From contig DASUWS010000203.1 of the NCBI GenBank assembly GCA_036378295.1, positions 27,217 to 91,216 on the forward strand: DNA of 64,000 nt, written 5' to 3'. The DNA is from Ktedonobacterales bacterium (GTDB taxonomy: Bacteria > Chloroflexota > Ktedonobacteria > Ktedonobacterales > JADMIN01). Position numbers and translations under genes: made by a program. Each line of letters starts with the position of its first letter. Positions within the stretch are counted from its first letter, which is position 1. Below the pieces are notes generated by a model. The model was not told the DNA's origin, did not search any database, and saw nothing but the letters and a program-made list of their open reading frames with translations. Below are positions 1 to 8,135 of the stretch, piece by piece.

Positions 1-1
1 G

Positions 2-1465
2 CTAGGCCAACTCATCCAGCCGCGCTCGGAGCGCCCGTAGCTCTGCGAGTGCGTTCTCGTTCGCGTTAAGGCGTGGCGGCTGAATGCGGTGGGCCTGAAG
101 CGCCTCGAGCGCGCGGGCGATGTCTTTCGCGTGTTCCGCCAGCCGCGAGACGTTCTGCAGATGGTTCGGATCGTCAGCAGCCTGCTGCGTCACCTGGATG
201 AGATCGCTGAGGTCACCCACTCCATCCACCTCATCCATCTCATCCATCTCATCCATCTCATCCACCTCGCCTAGCTCACCCGCCCGGCCATCGTTCGGCT
301 GGCTCGACGCATTTTGTATGCCAGCCAGAATCGCGTGCAACTGGTCGCGCGTCTCAGCCAGCGCCTGCCTCCGCCGCTCGCTCAGCTCGGTTTCCTCCGC
401 GGCGTGCTGCGCGACGGTCTCGCTCGTCGCCACCAACTGGCGCATCTGCTCGCGCAACTGATCAAGCTCACCGCCGGGCTGGCGCAACGCGCCCGATGAC
501 GGCGCCCGTGCCAGGAGTGGCATGCTTCCGGGCATCGAGAGCTGGGGCAGGGCCGCTGATTCTAGCTGCTCCTCGACCTCGACCTCGTCCACAGAGACAT
601 CCTGCGGCTCGCCAGGCGCCGGCTCCTCTTCACCGCTCTCACTCACGGCGCTTACTTCGGACACATCTGCCACGTCATGGACATCGACGACATCGGATGC
701 GTCTTCGACGTCTTCGACGCCCGAAACATCGGAAATGTCCTCGATATCCGAGATGTCTGCCACTTCAGCGACAGCCGAGACTTCCTCGGCGCCTGGCACA
801 TCCTCTCCATTGACCTGCGGCGCCTCCATCGGAGCCATCACCGTCTCCATAGCGCCAGTCTCGACTTCCTCGGCGCCACTCGCCGCGCTCTCCTGCGCGG
901 GCATTTCCTGTTGCGCCGACATCTGGTCCGGGGTTGCCGCTGGCGCAGCGGGAGCCGGCTCGGCCACATCAGCCGTGAACATCAACTCATGCTCTCCGAC
1001 GATGATGCGGTCGCCAGGGTGGAGCGGCGTGGCGTCGCGAATCTCGGCGTCATTGACGAACGTACCATTGCTGCTGCCAAGGTCAACGACGGTGTAGCGC
1101 GCGCCGTCGTACCTGAGGAGCGCGTGGCGGCGGGAGGTCAACTGATCGTGTTCGAGCACGATCTCGCAGGAAGGCGAGCGCCCGATGGAGACCGTCTGCC
1201 CGGTGAGCGCGAATTCACGCGGCGCCTCACCGCCATCTTGCAATGGCCGGACGATCACCCGCGCAAGCGCTCCGCTCCCTTGCTGATCAATGGTTGTCGC
1301 CGGGGCGCCATTCTGGTCGCTAGCTGGTGGTGGCGCGGTAAGAACTGTATCCAGCCCAGAGATATCGCTCCCTTGGGCGGAAAGCGGAAAGCCGCAAAAT
1401 TCACAGTTGAGCGCGCTTGCTTGCGACTGGTTGCCGCAATGTGAGCAGATAGCCATCCAGACCAC
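2..1465 (-). CDS. FHA domain protein with N-terminal zinc ribbon, acidic repeat region and coiled-coil tail
   Basis: Complete 487-aa ORF (TAG at 2-4). It has a CSHCG...CEFCG zinc ribbon. The FHA core reads SIGRSPSCEIVLEHDQLTSRRHALL..DLGSSNGTFVND..GDRIIVGEHELMF. D/E-rich DISDIEDISDVSGVEDVED and (DEM)3 repeats follow. Confidence 0.85.
   Translation of the reverse strand: MVWMAICSHCGNQSQASALNCEFCGFPLSAQGSDISGLDTVLTAPPPASDQNGAPATTIDQQGSGALARVIVRPLQDGGEAPREFALTGQTVSIGRSPSCEIVLEHDQLTSRRHALLRYDGARYTVVDLGSSNGTFVNDAEIRDATPLHPGDRIIVGEHELMFTADVAEPAPAAPAATPDQMSAQQEMPAQESAASGAEEVETGAMETVMAPMEAPQVNGEDVPGAEEVSAVAEVADISDIEDISDVSGVEDVEDASDVVDVHDVADVSEVSAVSESGEEEPAPGEPQDVSVDEVEVEEQLESAALPQLSMPGSMPLLARAPSSGALRQPGGELDQLREQMRQLVATSETVAQHAAEETELSERRRQALAETRDQLHAILAGIQNASSQPNDGRAGELGEVDEMDEMDEMDEVDGVGDLSDLIQVTQQAADDPNHLQNVSRLAEHAKDIARALEALQAHRIQPPRLNANENALAELRALRARLDELA
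223..267. repeat. 5 x 9-bp in-frame tandem repeat (CATCCAYCT) inside the FHA gene
   Basis: Read directly from the DNA. It encodes EVDEMDEMDEMDEVD on the minus strand. Confidence 0.9.
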
Positions 1466-1634
1466 CTCCGTCTCCAGTCATCTCTTGCCGTGGGGCCTGT
1501 TGCATCCTCGCCTATCCAGGCCATAGTCGCGGCTACCACCTGATGCGATGCCAAGGCCAATAATATACCATTGCTGGCCCTGATGCGAAACCAAATAGCA
1601 CCAATAGCGCCATCTCTGGGTGAGCGGGTGGCGG

Positions 1635-2531
1635 TCAGCGGGCGACATCTATGGTGCGCTGGCGGAGGATGCCGCGCACGAGAAACAGAACAGCAAACGA
1701 CACGAACAGCAGCAGCAGCGAGAGCGTCAGTGCGGCGGTAAGGTCCTGCTCGAAGCCGAGGTAGATGGCGAGCGGCATGGTCTGGCTGATGCCGGGGAGG
1801 TTTCCCGCGAAGATAATCGTTGCCCCAAACTCACCGAGCGCCCGCGCCCATGTCATCACCGCGCCTCCAGCGAGCGGCACGGCAGCCAGAGGCAGTGTCA
1901 CGAAACGGAAGATGCGGATGGGTCCCGCGCCATCCACCGCGGCGGCGTCTTCGAGATCGCGCTCGACGGCGGCAAACGCGCCAATTGCCGTGCGGATGTA
2001 GAGCGGCCCGGCGACGAACACTTGCGCCAGAACAACCGCGACGGTCGTAAACGGTATCGTGATGCCGAAGGCGCTCAAAACGCCACCAAGCAGCCCAAAG
2101 CGGCCAAACGCCATGAGCAGCGCGATTCCGGCGACGGCGGGCGGCAGCACCAGCGGCAGATCGAGCACGGTCTCCAGCGCAGCGCGGCCAGGGAAGCGCC
2201 AGCGGCCCAGCAGCAGCGCCAGGGGTGTCCCGCCAAGCAGCACCAGCCCAAGCGTGACCAGCGTCGTTGCCAGACTCAGCCGGACCGCCTGCCACACCGC
2301 TGGATCGGTCAGCGCCGCAAGGGGATCGTGGAGAGGCACACGCAACACCAGCGCGACCAGGGGCAGAATGAAGAAGATCAGAAGCGGCAGACTGGCCAGC
2401 ACCAATGTCAGCCGTCCGAGAAACGACAACCGGCCCGCGCCAGTGCTGCGCGAGAGCGTGCTGTCTTCATCCGGCTCGGGTATCGGCTGGATCGGGTCCT
2501 TACTCGGAGCGGTGGGTAGCTTCAGCTTCAT
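1635..2531 (-). CDS. modB: molybdate ABC transporter permease
   Basis: Multi-TM protein with LEDAAAVDGAG..FRFVTLPL and ARALGEFGATIIFAGNLPGISQTMPLAIY motifs typical of ModB. It starts 6 bp after modA. Confidence 0.85.
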   Translation of the reverse strand: MKLKLPTAPSKDPIQPIPEPDEDSTLSRSTGAGRLSFLGRLTLVLASLPLLIFFILPLVALVLRVPLHDPLAALTDPAVWQAVRLSLATTLVTLGLVLLGGTPLALLLGRWRFPGRAALETVLDLPLVLPPAVAGIALLMAFGRFGLLGGVLSAFGITIPFTTVAVVLAQVFVAGPLYIRTAIGAFAAVERDLEDAAAVDGAGPIRIFRFVTLPLAAVPLAGGAVMTWARALGEFGATIIFAGNLPGISQTMPLAIYLGFEQDLTAALTLSLLLLFVSFAVLFLVRGILRQRTIDVAR

Positions 2532-2537
2532 GACGTC

Positions 2538-3416
2538 TTATCTGCCTGGTGGAGTGTACTGCCTGCCATCGCTTCCTGGCAGGAAACCGTATTTTCCCAG
2601 GCGACCCTGGCCTTGCGCGGCGACGATGTAGTTCAGCACATCTCGCGCTGCCGCCGCCTGCTTCGATCCATTGACGACACCGATGGGATACGTCGCGATG
2701 CTGTTGAGCGCGTCCGGTATCGTGATGGCGCCCACCTTGCCGCTTGCGGTGGCGGCGTCGGTGGTGTAGACGATACCCGCGTCGGCCTCGCCCAGCACGA
2801 TCTTGGCAAGCACCGCCTTGACATCGGTCTCATACGAGACGACATTCTTGAGAACAGCCGCCCTGTAGCCTGGGCCGAACGCTGGATCAGCACTGGCTTT
2901 CGCGAGGAAGTCGAGCGCGTACTGGCCCACCGGTACGGACCGCGCCGCCAGATCCACCTTCACACCTGGCCGGGCAATATCGCGCAGCGTCTGGATATGT
3001 GCCGGATTCGCGGTGGGATAGATGAGCACGAGCCGGTTGTGGGCGAACGTCTTGACGCCGCTTCCGGCGATAGCTCCGCTCTTCACCGCCACATCCATCT
3101 GTGTGGCATTGGCCGAGGCAAAGAGGTCCGCTGGGGCTCCCTGGGCAATCTGCTGCGCCAGCGTATCCGATCCGGCGAAATTGAATGTGACCACGACATT
3201 CGGATGCGTCCGCGAATACGCCGCGCCGATATCGGTAAACGCATCTCGAAGTGAGGCGGCGGCGAAGACCATCACCTTAACTGGCTGTCCTGTTGCTCCT
3301 GGCGATGCCGAGCCAGTGCCAGCGCAAGCCGTCAGCGCGAGGAGCAGCGCCAGCGCGCACCCCCAGATCGGCGCTCTCCGAACCTTGTTGCGCGGTACAC
3401 GCCTTGTCTCGTGCAT
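2538..3416 (-). CDS. modA: molybdate ABC transporter substrate-binding lipoprotein
   Basis: Lipoprotein-type signal (LLLALTAC). VFAAASLRDAF..FNFAGSDTLAQQIAQGAPADLFASAN matches the ModA family pattern. Confidence 0.85.
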   Translation of the reverse strand: MHETRRVPRNKVRRAPIWGCALALLLALTACAGTGSASPGATGQPVKVMVFAAASLRDAFTDIGAAYSRTHPNVVVTFNFAGSDTLAQQIAQGAPADLFASANATQMDVAVKSGAIAGSGVKTFAHNRLVLIYPTANPAHIQTLRDIARPGVKVDLAARSVPVGQYALDFLAKASADPAFGPGYRAAVLKNVVSYETDVKAVLAKIVLGEADAGIVYTTDAATASGKVGAITIPDALNSIATYPIGVVNGSKQAAAARDVLNYIVAAQGQGRLGKYGFLPGSDGRQYTPPGR

Positions 3417-3470
3417 GAGATCGTCGTTCCTCCTGTACGCGGCGGGTCATCGTGCAGCCCATCCGAACCG

Positions 3471-4034
3471 CTAGCGAGGCGGCATCAATTCCTGCTCACA
3501 GCGGGCGAGCCAGGTGAGGATTGCCGCGATCTGGCCAGCGCGAAACTCAAGGACCAGGCGATCATAGGGTTGCTGGCCGGGGAGAGCGGCGCTTCGCTCG
3601 CGCAGATCGCGCTCCCAGGCGAGACAAGCGTCGCGCTGCTCTGTAATCAATGCGGCAATGGTAGATGGCCCTTCGTTCGCGGCACAGGCCAGCTTCGCGA
3701 GAAACACCAGCCGAAAGTCGCGCCCGTGCCGCACGGGTGAGGTCACCCACGCGGTATATGCAGCCGCTCCCGCATCGGTCAGCGCCAGCACTCGCCTCGG
3801 CGGACGCGTCCCCTGCGGCTCCATCGCGCCCACGATCAGCCCTTGATCTTCCATCCGGGCCACGAGTGCGTAGAGATGGCTCTGCTTGAGCTGCCAGACC
3901 TGCCCCAGTGATTCACTGTGTCGCAGCCGCTGATACATCTCGTAGGCATGCAGAGGCCCGCGTCGCAACAGGCCAAGCAGGGCGTAATCGAGTCCTTCAG
4001 GTGTAACGGCTCGCTGGCGGCTGGCCGCGCCCAT
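3471..4034 (-). CDS. PadR family transcriptional regulator
   Basis: LDYALLGLLRRGPLHAYEMYQRL..SHLYALVARMEDQGLI is a winged-helix PadR signature. The gene ends 54 bp upstream of modA. Confidence 0.8.
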   Translation of the reverse strand: MGAASRQRAVTPEGLDYALLGLLRRGPLHAYEMYQRLRHSESLGQVWQLKQSHLYALVARMEDQGLIVGAMEPQGTRPPRRVLALTDAGAAAYTAWVTSPVRHGRDFRLVFLAKLACAANEGPSTIAALITEQRDACLAWERDLRERSAALPGQQPYDRLVLEFRAGQIAAILTWLARCEQELMPPR

Positions 4035-4186
4035 CGCTTCTATCCCTCACTGATTGACTATTCACGCTGTGAGTAGCTCTCCAGGAGTATCGCATGCTCC
4101 CTGGATTCCGTCAACAGCGATCTTGTCCCGTGGCCATGGGTGATAGCGACACTACAGCCACGACCAACGCAACAGAGAACGAGAAA

Positions 4187-4213
4187 GCCCCCTCCCTGTA
4201 TCAGGGAGGGGGC
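4187..4213 (-). terminator. rho-independent terminator downstream of the Cys/Met PLP enzyme gene
   Basis: 11-bp GC stem GCCCCCTCCCT / AGGGAGGGGGC with a 5-nt loop. On the minus strand it is followed by TTTCTCGTTCTCT. Confidence 0.65.
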
Positions 4214-4238
4214 TGCCGAGAGCGGTTGGGAGCGATGC

Positions 4239-5396
4239 TTACCGGGCGGCAACCGGGACTCGCGCCAGCGCCTGTTCCAGGTCGGCGATCAGGTCGCTGA
4301 CATCCTCGATGCCGACGGAGAGCCGCAGCAGCGTATCGGTGACGCCGCGCTTCTCGCGCTCCTCCGCGGGAATCGAGCCGTGCGTCATGCTGGCGGGATG
4401 GCAGCAGAGTGATTCGATGCCGCCGAGGCTTTCCGCCAGCGCAAAGACCTTCAACCCGCGCACGAACGTATCCACGTCTTCACGCTGGCCCTTGAAGGCG
4501 AACGAGACCATGCCCCCAAAAGCGCGCATCTGCCGCCGTGCCAGCGCGTGATCGGGGTGCGACTCCAATCCTGGATAGTACACCCGCTCGACGTTGGGAT
4601 GCCCTTCGAGGAAGGTGGCGATCCGCTGGGCATTCTCGCAGTGCTGTCGCATGCGCACCGCCAGCGTCTTGACACCGCGCAATGTCAGCCAGGCATCGAA
4701 CGGCGATGGCACACCGCCCGCGGCGTTTTGATAGAACTTGATCGCCTCATATGCCTCGGCATCCGAAGTCAGCATTGCCCCGCCGACCACATCGCTATGG
4801 CCGTTGATGTACTTGGTCGTGCTATGGACGACGAGATCAGCGCCGAGGTCGAGCGGCTGCTGGAGGTAGGGCGAAGCGAACGTGTTATCTACCACGAGGC
4901 GGGCGTTGTGCGCGTGAGCAATCTCCGCGACAGCGGCAATATCAACCAGCGTCAGCAGCGGATTGGTTGGCGTCTCGATCCAGACCAGCTTCGTCTCAGG
5001 GCGAATCGCGTCAGCGTACGCCGTCACATCGCGCGCCGGGACATAGCTGATAGAGACCCCAGTCGGGCGCAGCACTTTCTCGAAGATACGATACGAGCCG
5101 CCGTAGAGATCGTCGCAAGCCAGCACATGATCGCCAGGACGCAGCAGGCTGAGAATGGCGCTGGTGGCAGCCATACCGCTGCTGAACGCGAGGCCGTAGC
5201 GGGCATTCTCCAGCGAAGCGAGACACTCTTCGAGCGCGGTCCGCGTGGGGTTACTCGTGCGCGAATATTCATACCCTTTATTCTGGCCCAGGCCCGACTG
5301 CGTATAGGTCGAGGTCTGGAAGATCGGTGTAATCGTCGCGCCGGTTGAGGGATCAGGCTCCTGTCCGGCGTGAATCGCCCGCGTCGCAAACTCCAT
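4239..5396 (-). CDS. Cys/Met-metabolism PLP-dependent enzyme (cystathionine gamma-synthase/gamma-lyase family)
   Basis: MEFATRAIHAGQEPDPSTGA N-terminus, SGMAA motif, and STTKYINGHSDVVGG carrying the PLP lysine. The start was moved to the ATG at 5396. The 54 upstream codons of the ORF are Arg-rich and match no family. Confidence 0.85.
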   Translation of the reverse strand: MEFATRAIHAGQEPDPSTGATITPIFQTSTYTQSGLGQNKGYEYSRTSNPTRTALEECLASLENARYGLAFSSGMAATSAILSLLRPGDHVLACDDLYGGSYRIFEKVLRPTGVSISYVPARDVTAYADAIRPETKLVWIETPTNPLLTLVDIAAVAEIAHAHNARLVVDNTFASPYLQQPLDLGADLVVHSTTKYINGHSDVVGGAMLTSDAEAYEAIKFYQNAAGGVPSPFDAWLTLRGVKTLAVRMRQHCENAQRIATFLEGHPNVERVYYPGLESHPDHALARRQMRAFGGMVSFAFKGQREDVDTFVRGLKVFALAESLGGIESLCCHPASMTHGSIPAEEREKRGVTDTLLRLSVGIEDVSDLIADLEQALARVPVAAR

Positions 5397-5430
5397 GACT
5401 GCTGCCTCACTTCGTTGTGTCTCATCGCAT

Positions 5431-5457
5431 CTGGTGAATCTGATGATTCTGGTGATT
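5431..5457. repeat. 3 x 9-bp tandem repeat in the 5' leader of the Cys/Met PLP enzyme gene
   Basis: CTGGTGAAT CTGATGATT CTGGTGATT on the plus strand, i.e. AATCAYCAG x3 in the mRNA sense. Confidence 0.85.
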
Positions 5458-5596
5458 CCGGCCAGCGCAGGGGATATCCCCGGTAGCCGCGAATAAAGTA
5501 TACCGTACTTCCGCGCCCGTTCAGCATGGTAGTGCTGGGAGGTCTGGCCACGTGCCACATCAGCGCCACAGCAACGCTACATCAGCACCACACACA

Positions 5597-6835
5597 TCAG
5601 GAGGCTCGCGCTGACACAGACGCGCGGACATGGGCGCGGCCAGCGAGACCCGCGGCGAGCAGCGCCAGCAGCAGCATGGGAACCACAATGCCGAAGGCGC
5701 TGCCAATGCCGACGTGGTCGGCCAGCGCACCGAGGATCAACGGGGCAAGGAAGACCGAGCCACCCCCCGCGATCGCCAGCCGCGCCGATGCCCGGTCGGT
5801 CTGGCCAGGCGCCGCTGCCGTGCCAAGCGCAACGCCCAGCGGATAGACATTCGCCAGTCCCAGGCCGACGATGAACAGCCCAACCACACGTACAGGCGGA
5901 AGCGGCGGCAGCCAGAAGAGCGGGAAGCCAAGGAGCGCAACCACGAGTGCTGCGACCAGTATCGCTGGCGCGGGGAGCACGCGGGAGAGACGGCTGCCGG
6001 TGTAGCGGCCAACGAGCATGGCCAGGAAGAACGCGCCCATCGCCGCAGCCGCATCAGCCTTCGAGAACGCTGTATTCGTCGCAAGAAAGCTCGCGCCCCA
6101 ATACCCAACGCACCACTCGACGCCCGTCGCGAGCGCGATCAGGCACCAGAACGCCCAATAGGCGAGCGGAAGCCGCGCTTTCCGGGAAGACGTTTCCGCG
6201 TGATGAGCGAGCGCCTTCTCTGGCCTCGGCAGCGGCACAGAACGGTAGACGGTGGCGATGATGAGCAGAAAGACGATGGAGGGAAGAAGGGCTACCCGCC
6301 ATACCAGTCCCGCCCCGGTGACGAGACCCACCGTCACTGGCGCGAGCAGCGCGAATCCGCTCGCCACGACATTCGCCTCCGTCAGCGCGACCGGACTCCA
6401 CCGCCCGTGGCGATCCGCGAGAACGGCCTGGATGGTGATGAGCAACAGGCCACCCAACAGTCCCATGAGGAACGCGCCAGCGATCGTCCCCACGGCGACC
6501 GGGGAGAGCGCGACAAGGAGTGTCCCCGCCGCCATGCCAAACCCGCCGCCCCAGAACGAGACGCTGCGTCCCCGCCATGCTGTGAGGCGGTCGGCAATCG
6601 TCCCTATCACCACCGAGCCCAGCGCGAACGCGCTGAAGTGCAGGCTGGCGAGGGTATAGCTCAGGCGGAGATCGCCGCGCATGAACGGCATCAGCGGGCC
6701 AAGCACGGCTTCGAGGAAGGCGAAGTATCCCAGCATCCAGTAGGAGAGCCAGGTGAGCCGCCCACGGACAAAACCTTCCGTCGCGCTCGCGTTGGGGCTT
6801 TCCGCCTCTTGGTGTGTTATCTTGCTACTCTTCAT
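5597..6835 (-). CDS. MFS transporter
   Basis: 412 aa with about 12 hydrophobic segments. Typical MFS loop GTIADRLTAWRGR after TM2. Confidence 0.75.
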   Translation of the reverse strand: MKSSKITHQEAESPNASATEGFVRGRLTWLSYWMLGYFAFLEAVLGPLMPFMRGDLRLSYTLASLHFSAFALGSVVIGTIADRLTAWRGRSVSFWGGGFGMAAGTLLVALSPVAVGTIAGAFLMGLLGGLLLITIQAVLADRHGRWSPVALTEANVVASGFALLAPVTVGLVTGAGLVWRVALLPSIVFLLIIATVYRSVPLPRPEKALAHHAETSSRKARLPLAYWAFWCLIALATGVEWCVGYWGASFLATNTAFSKADAAAAMGAFFLAMLVGRYTGSRLSRVLPAPAILVAALVVALLGFPLFWLPPLPPVRVVGLFIVGLGLANVYPLGVALGTAAAPGQTDRASARLAIAGGGSVFLAPLILGALADHVGIGSAFGIVVPMLLLALLAAGLAGRAHVRASVSARAS

Positions 6836-7207
6836 GTCGCATGCTACTATAGCGGCGCCCAGCCATCGCCCGCAACCTGTGAACGGCGAGCGGATTCTTT
6901 CTGGCCTCTGACCGTGACCATCAATTCCGCCCGCAGGTCAATGAGAAATCCGTCTGGGTAGTTGGTGTGTGTGGGCGCTGTTCGCAGCATGCTCCGGCAG
7001 GCTCTGGTGCGCTCACCAAAAGACAACCACTCAACCAGATGTGTTCTCAATCAGAAATCTGATAGCACAATCGCGACTTGCGTGGTACAATTGCCGACAT
7101 GTGTGATACGGCCTTCCCGCAAGAAGGCACCATATACACACCTAACGCCGCCACAGCATGCGCGGCGATGTTTCCCCCCGTACACCTCATCAGGAGGAAC
7201 GGATCCA

Positions 7208-7264
7208 ATGTCTAAGCTTCTGGAAGTTACTGCACGAACGGTCCGGATCGGCGGAGCCTGCTAG
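7208..7264 (+). CDS. candidate 18-aa small ORF (MSKLLEVTARTVRIGGAC)
   Basis: ATG preceded by AGGAGGA (7192-7198, 9-nt spacer), with TAG at 7262-7264. It lies 199 bp upstream of the XRE regulator gene, which uses the same CAGGAGGAAC ribosome-binding context. There is no homology evidence. Confidence 0.2.
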   Translation: MSKLLEVTARTVRIGGAC

Positions 7265-7462
7265 ACTCGCGGTGAGTCTGGCAGAGCGGATTCCGCCCAT
7301 CGTACTCGCCGCGTCCGGATCACCCTGGTCCGTTGCCGCGGCCCTCCATGCCCTTTTGTGGCATCCCCGCACCACGTGCACACCACACGATCTCTGCACC
7401 CGGTGCATCTCCGTACGATGGGTTCTCGTTCACTTGCAGTCATTTTCCAGGAGGAACCCCTC

Positions 7463-8014
7463 ATGGCGACCGATGGTACGCCCGAGTTCGCAGCCAAGCG
7501 CTGCGGCGAAGCGATTGCACGTCTACGCACCTTGCGTGGCTGGTCACGCGCGCAACTGATCATCCGACTCTATAACGAGCTGCCACCCGAAGATCCCAAC
7601 TACGACAGCATCAGCGAAACATGGCTGGCGCGGCTGGAGAATGGCCGCATGGTGAAGGTGCAGCGACAGACCGTCGAGGCGCTCTGCCGAGCGCTCCGCT
7701 GCACATCGCAGGAACGTGCCTGGGTGCTGCTCTATGCTGACCGCAATGTGCTGGTGGACGCCGAGACCGAGCCAACGCCAGCCGCCGAGGCGCTTACCTT
7801 CGTCATGGATCGCCTGTATGCCGAGGCGGGCGACTTGCTGGCCGCGCTGGTGGAGCAGTGTCCCGACATTGCCAGGGATGAGTTGGCTCTCTTCGAGGCA
7901 ACCGCCGCGGCACTCGAATATCTCATCGAGCATCACCGCGGCGCATCGGAAGCCGCCAGCGGCTACGCTTCGGCAGCCACGCCCGCGTACGCGTTACGTC
8001 GCGCCAGAACCTGA
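7463..8014 (+). CDS. XRE-family helix-turn-helix domain protein
   Basis: IARLRTLRGWSRAQLIIRL...VQRQTVEALCRAL is an HTH_3-like segment. The ATG at 7463 sits behind GGAGGA. Confidence 0.65.
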   Translation: MATDGTPEFAAKRCGEAIARLRTLRGWSRAQLIIRLYNELPPEDPNYDSISETWLARLENGRMVKVQRQTVEALCRALRCTSQERAWVLLYADRNVLVDAETEPTPAAEALTFVMDRLYAEAGDLLAALVEQCPDIARDELALFEATAAALEYLIEHHRGASEAASGYASAATPAYALRRART

Positions 8015-8135
8015 GTTGGGCTGGCGGATGACAGATGACACCGTGCCCGCCCCACGACGAGACGGGAACGGCCAGCTAAGACATCCGCTAGCCCGCTATT
8101 CGACGATTGACTGATGATGCCAGGAGCCATTTCCT

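Noticed and set aside
3417-3470. Moco riboswitch upstream of modA
   Set aside because: The PadR-modA spacer is only 54 bp, too short for the Moco RNA motif of about 130 nt. No such element was seen upstream of PadR either.
5397-5560. SAM-I/SAM-IV riboswitch in the Cys/Met enzyme leader
   Set aside because: The conserved SAM-I core blocks are absent. The P1 pairing I could build has only 4 bp, and only one short segment resembles SAM-IV. It is kept as an open question in the findings, not called as a feature.
5630-6961. 443-aa plus-strand ORF
   Set aside because: It is antisense to a convincing MFS transporter. The translation is Arg/Glu/His/Pro-rich low complexity with no family motif. This is a typical open frame produced by high GC content.
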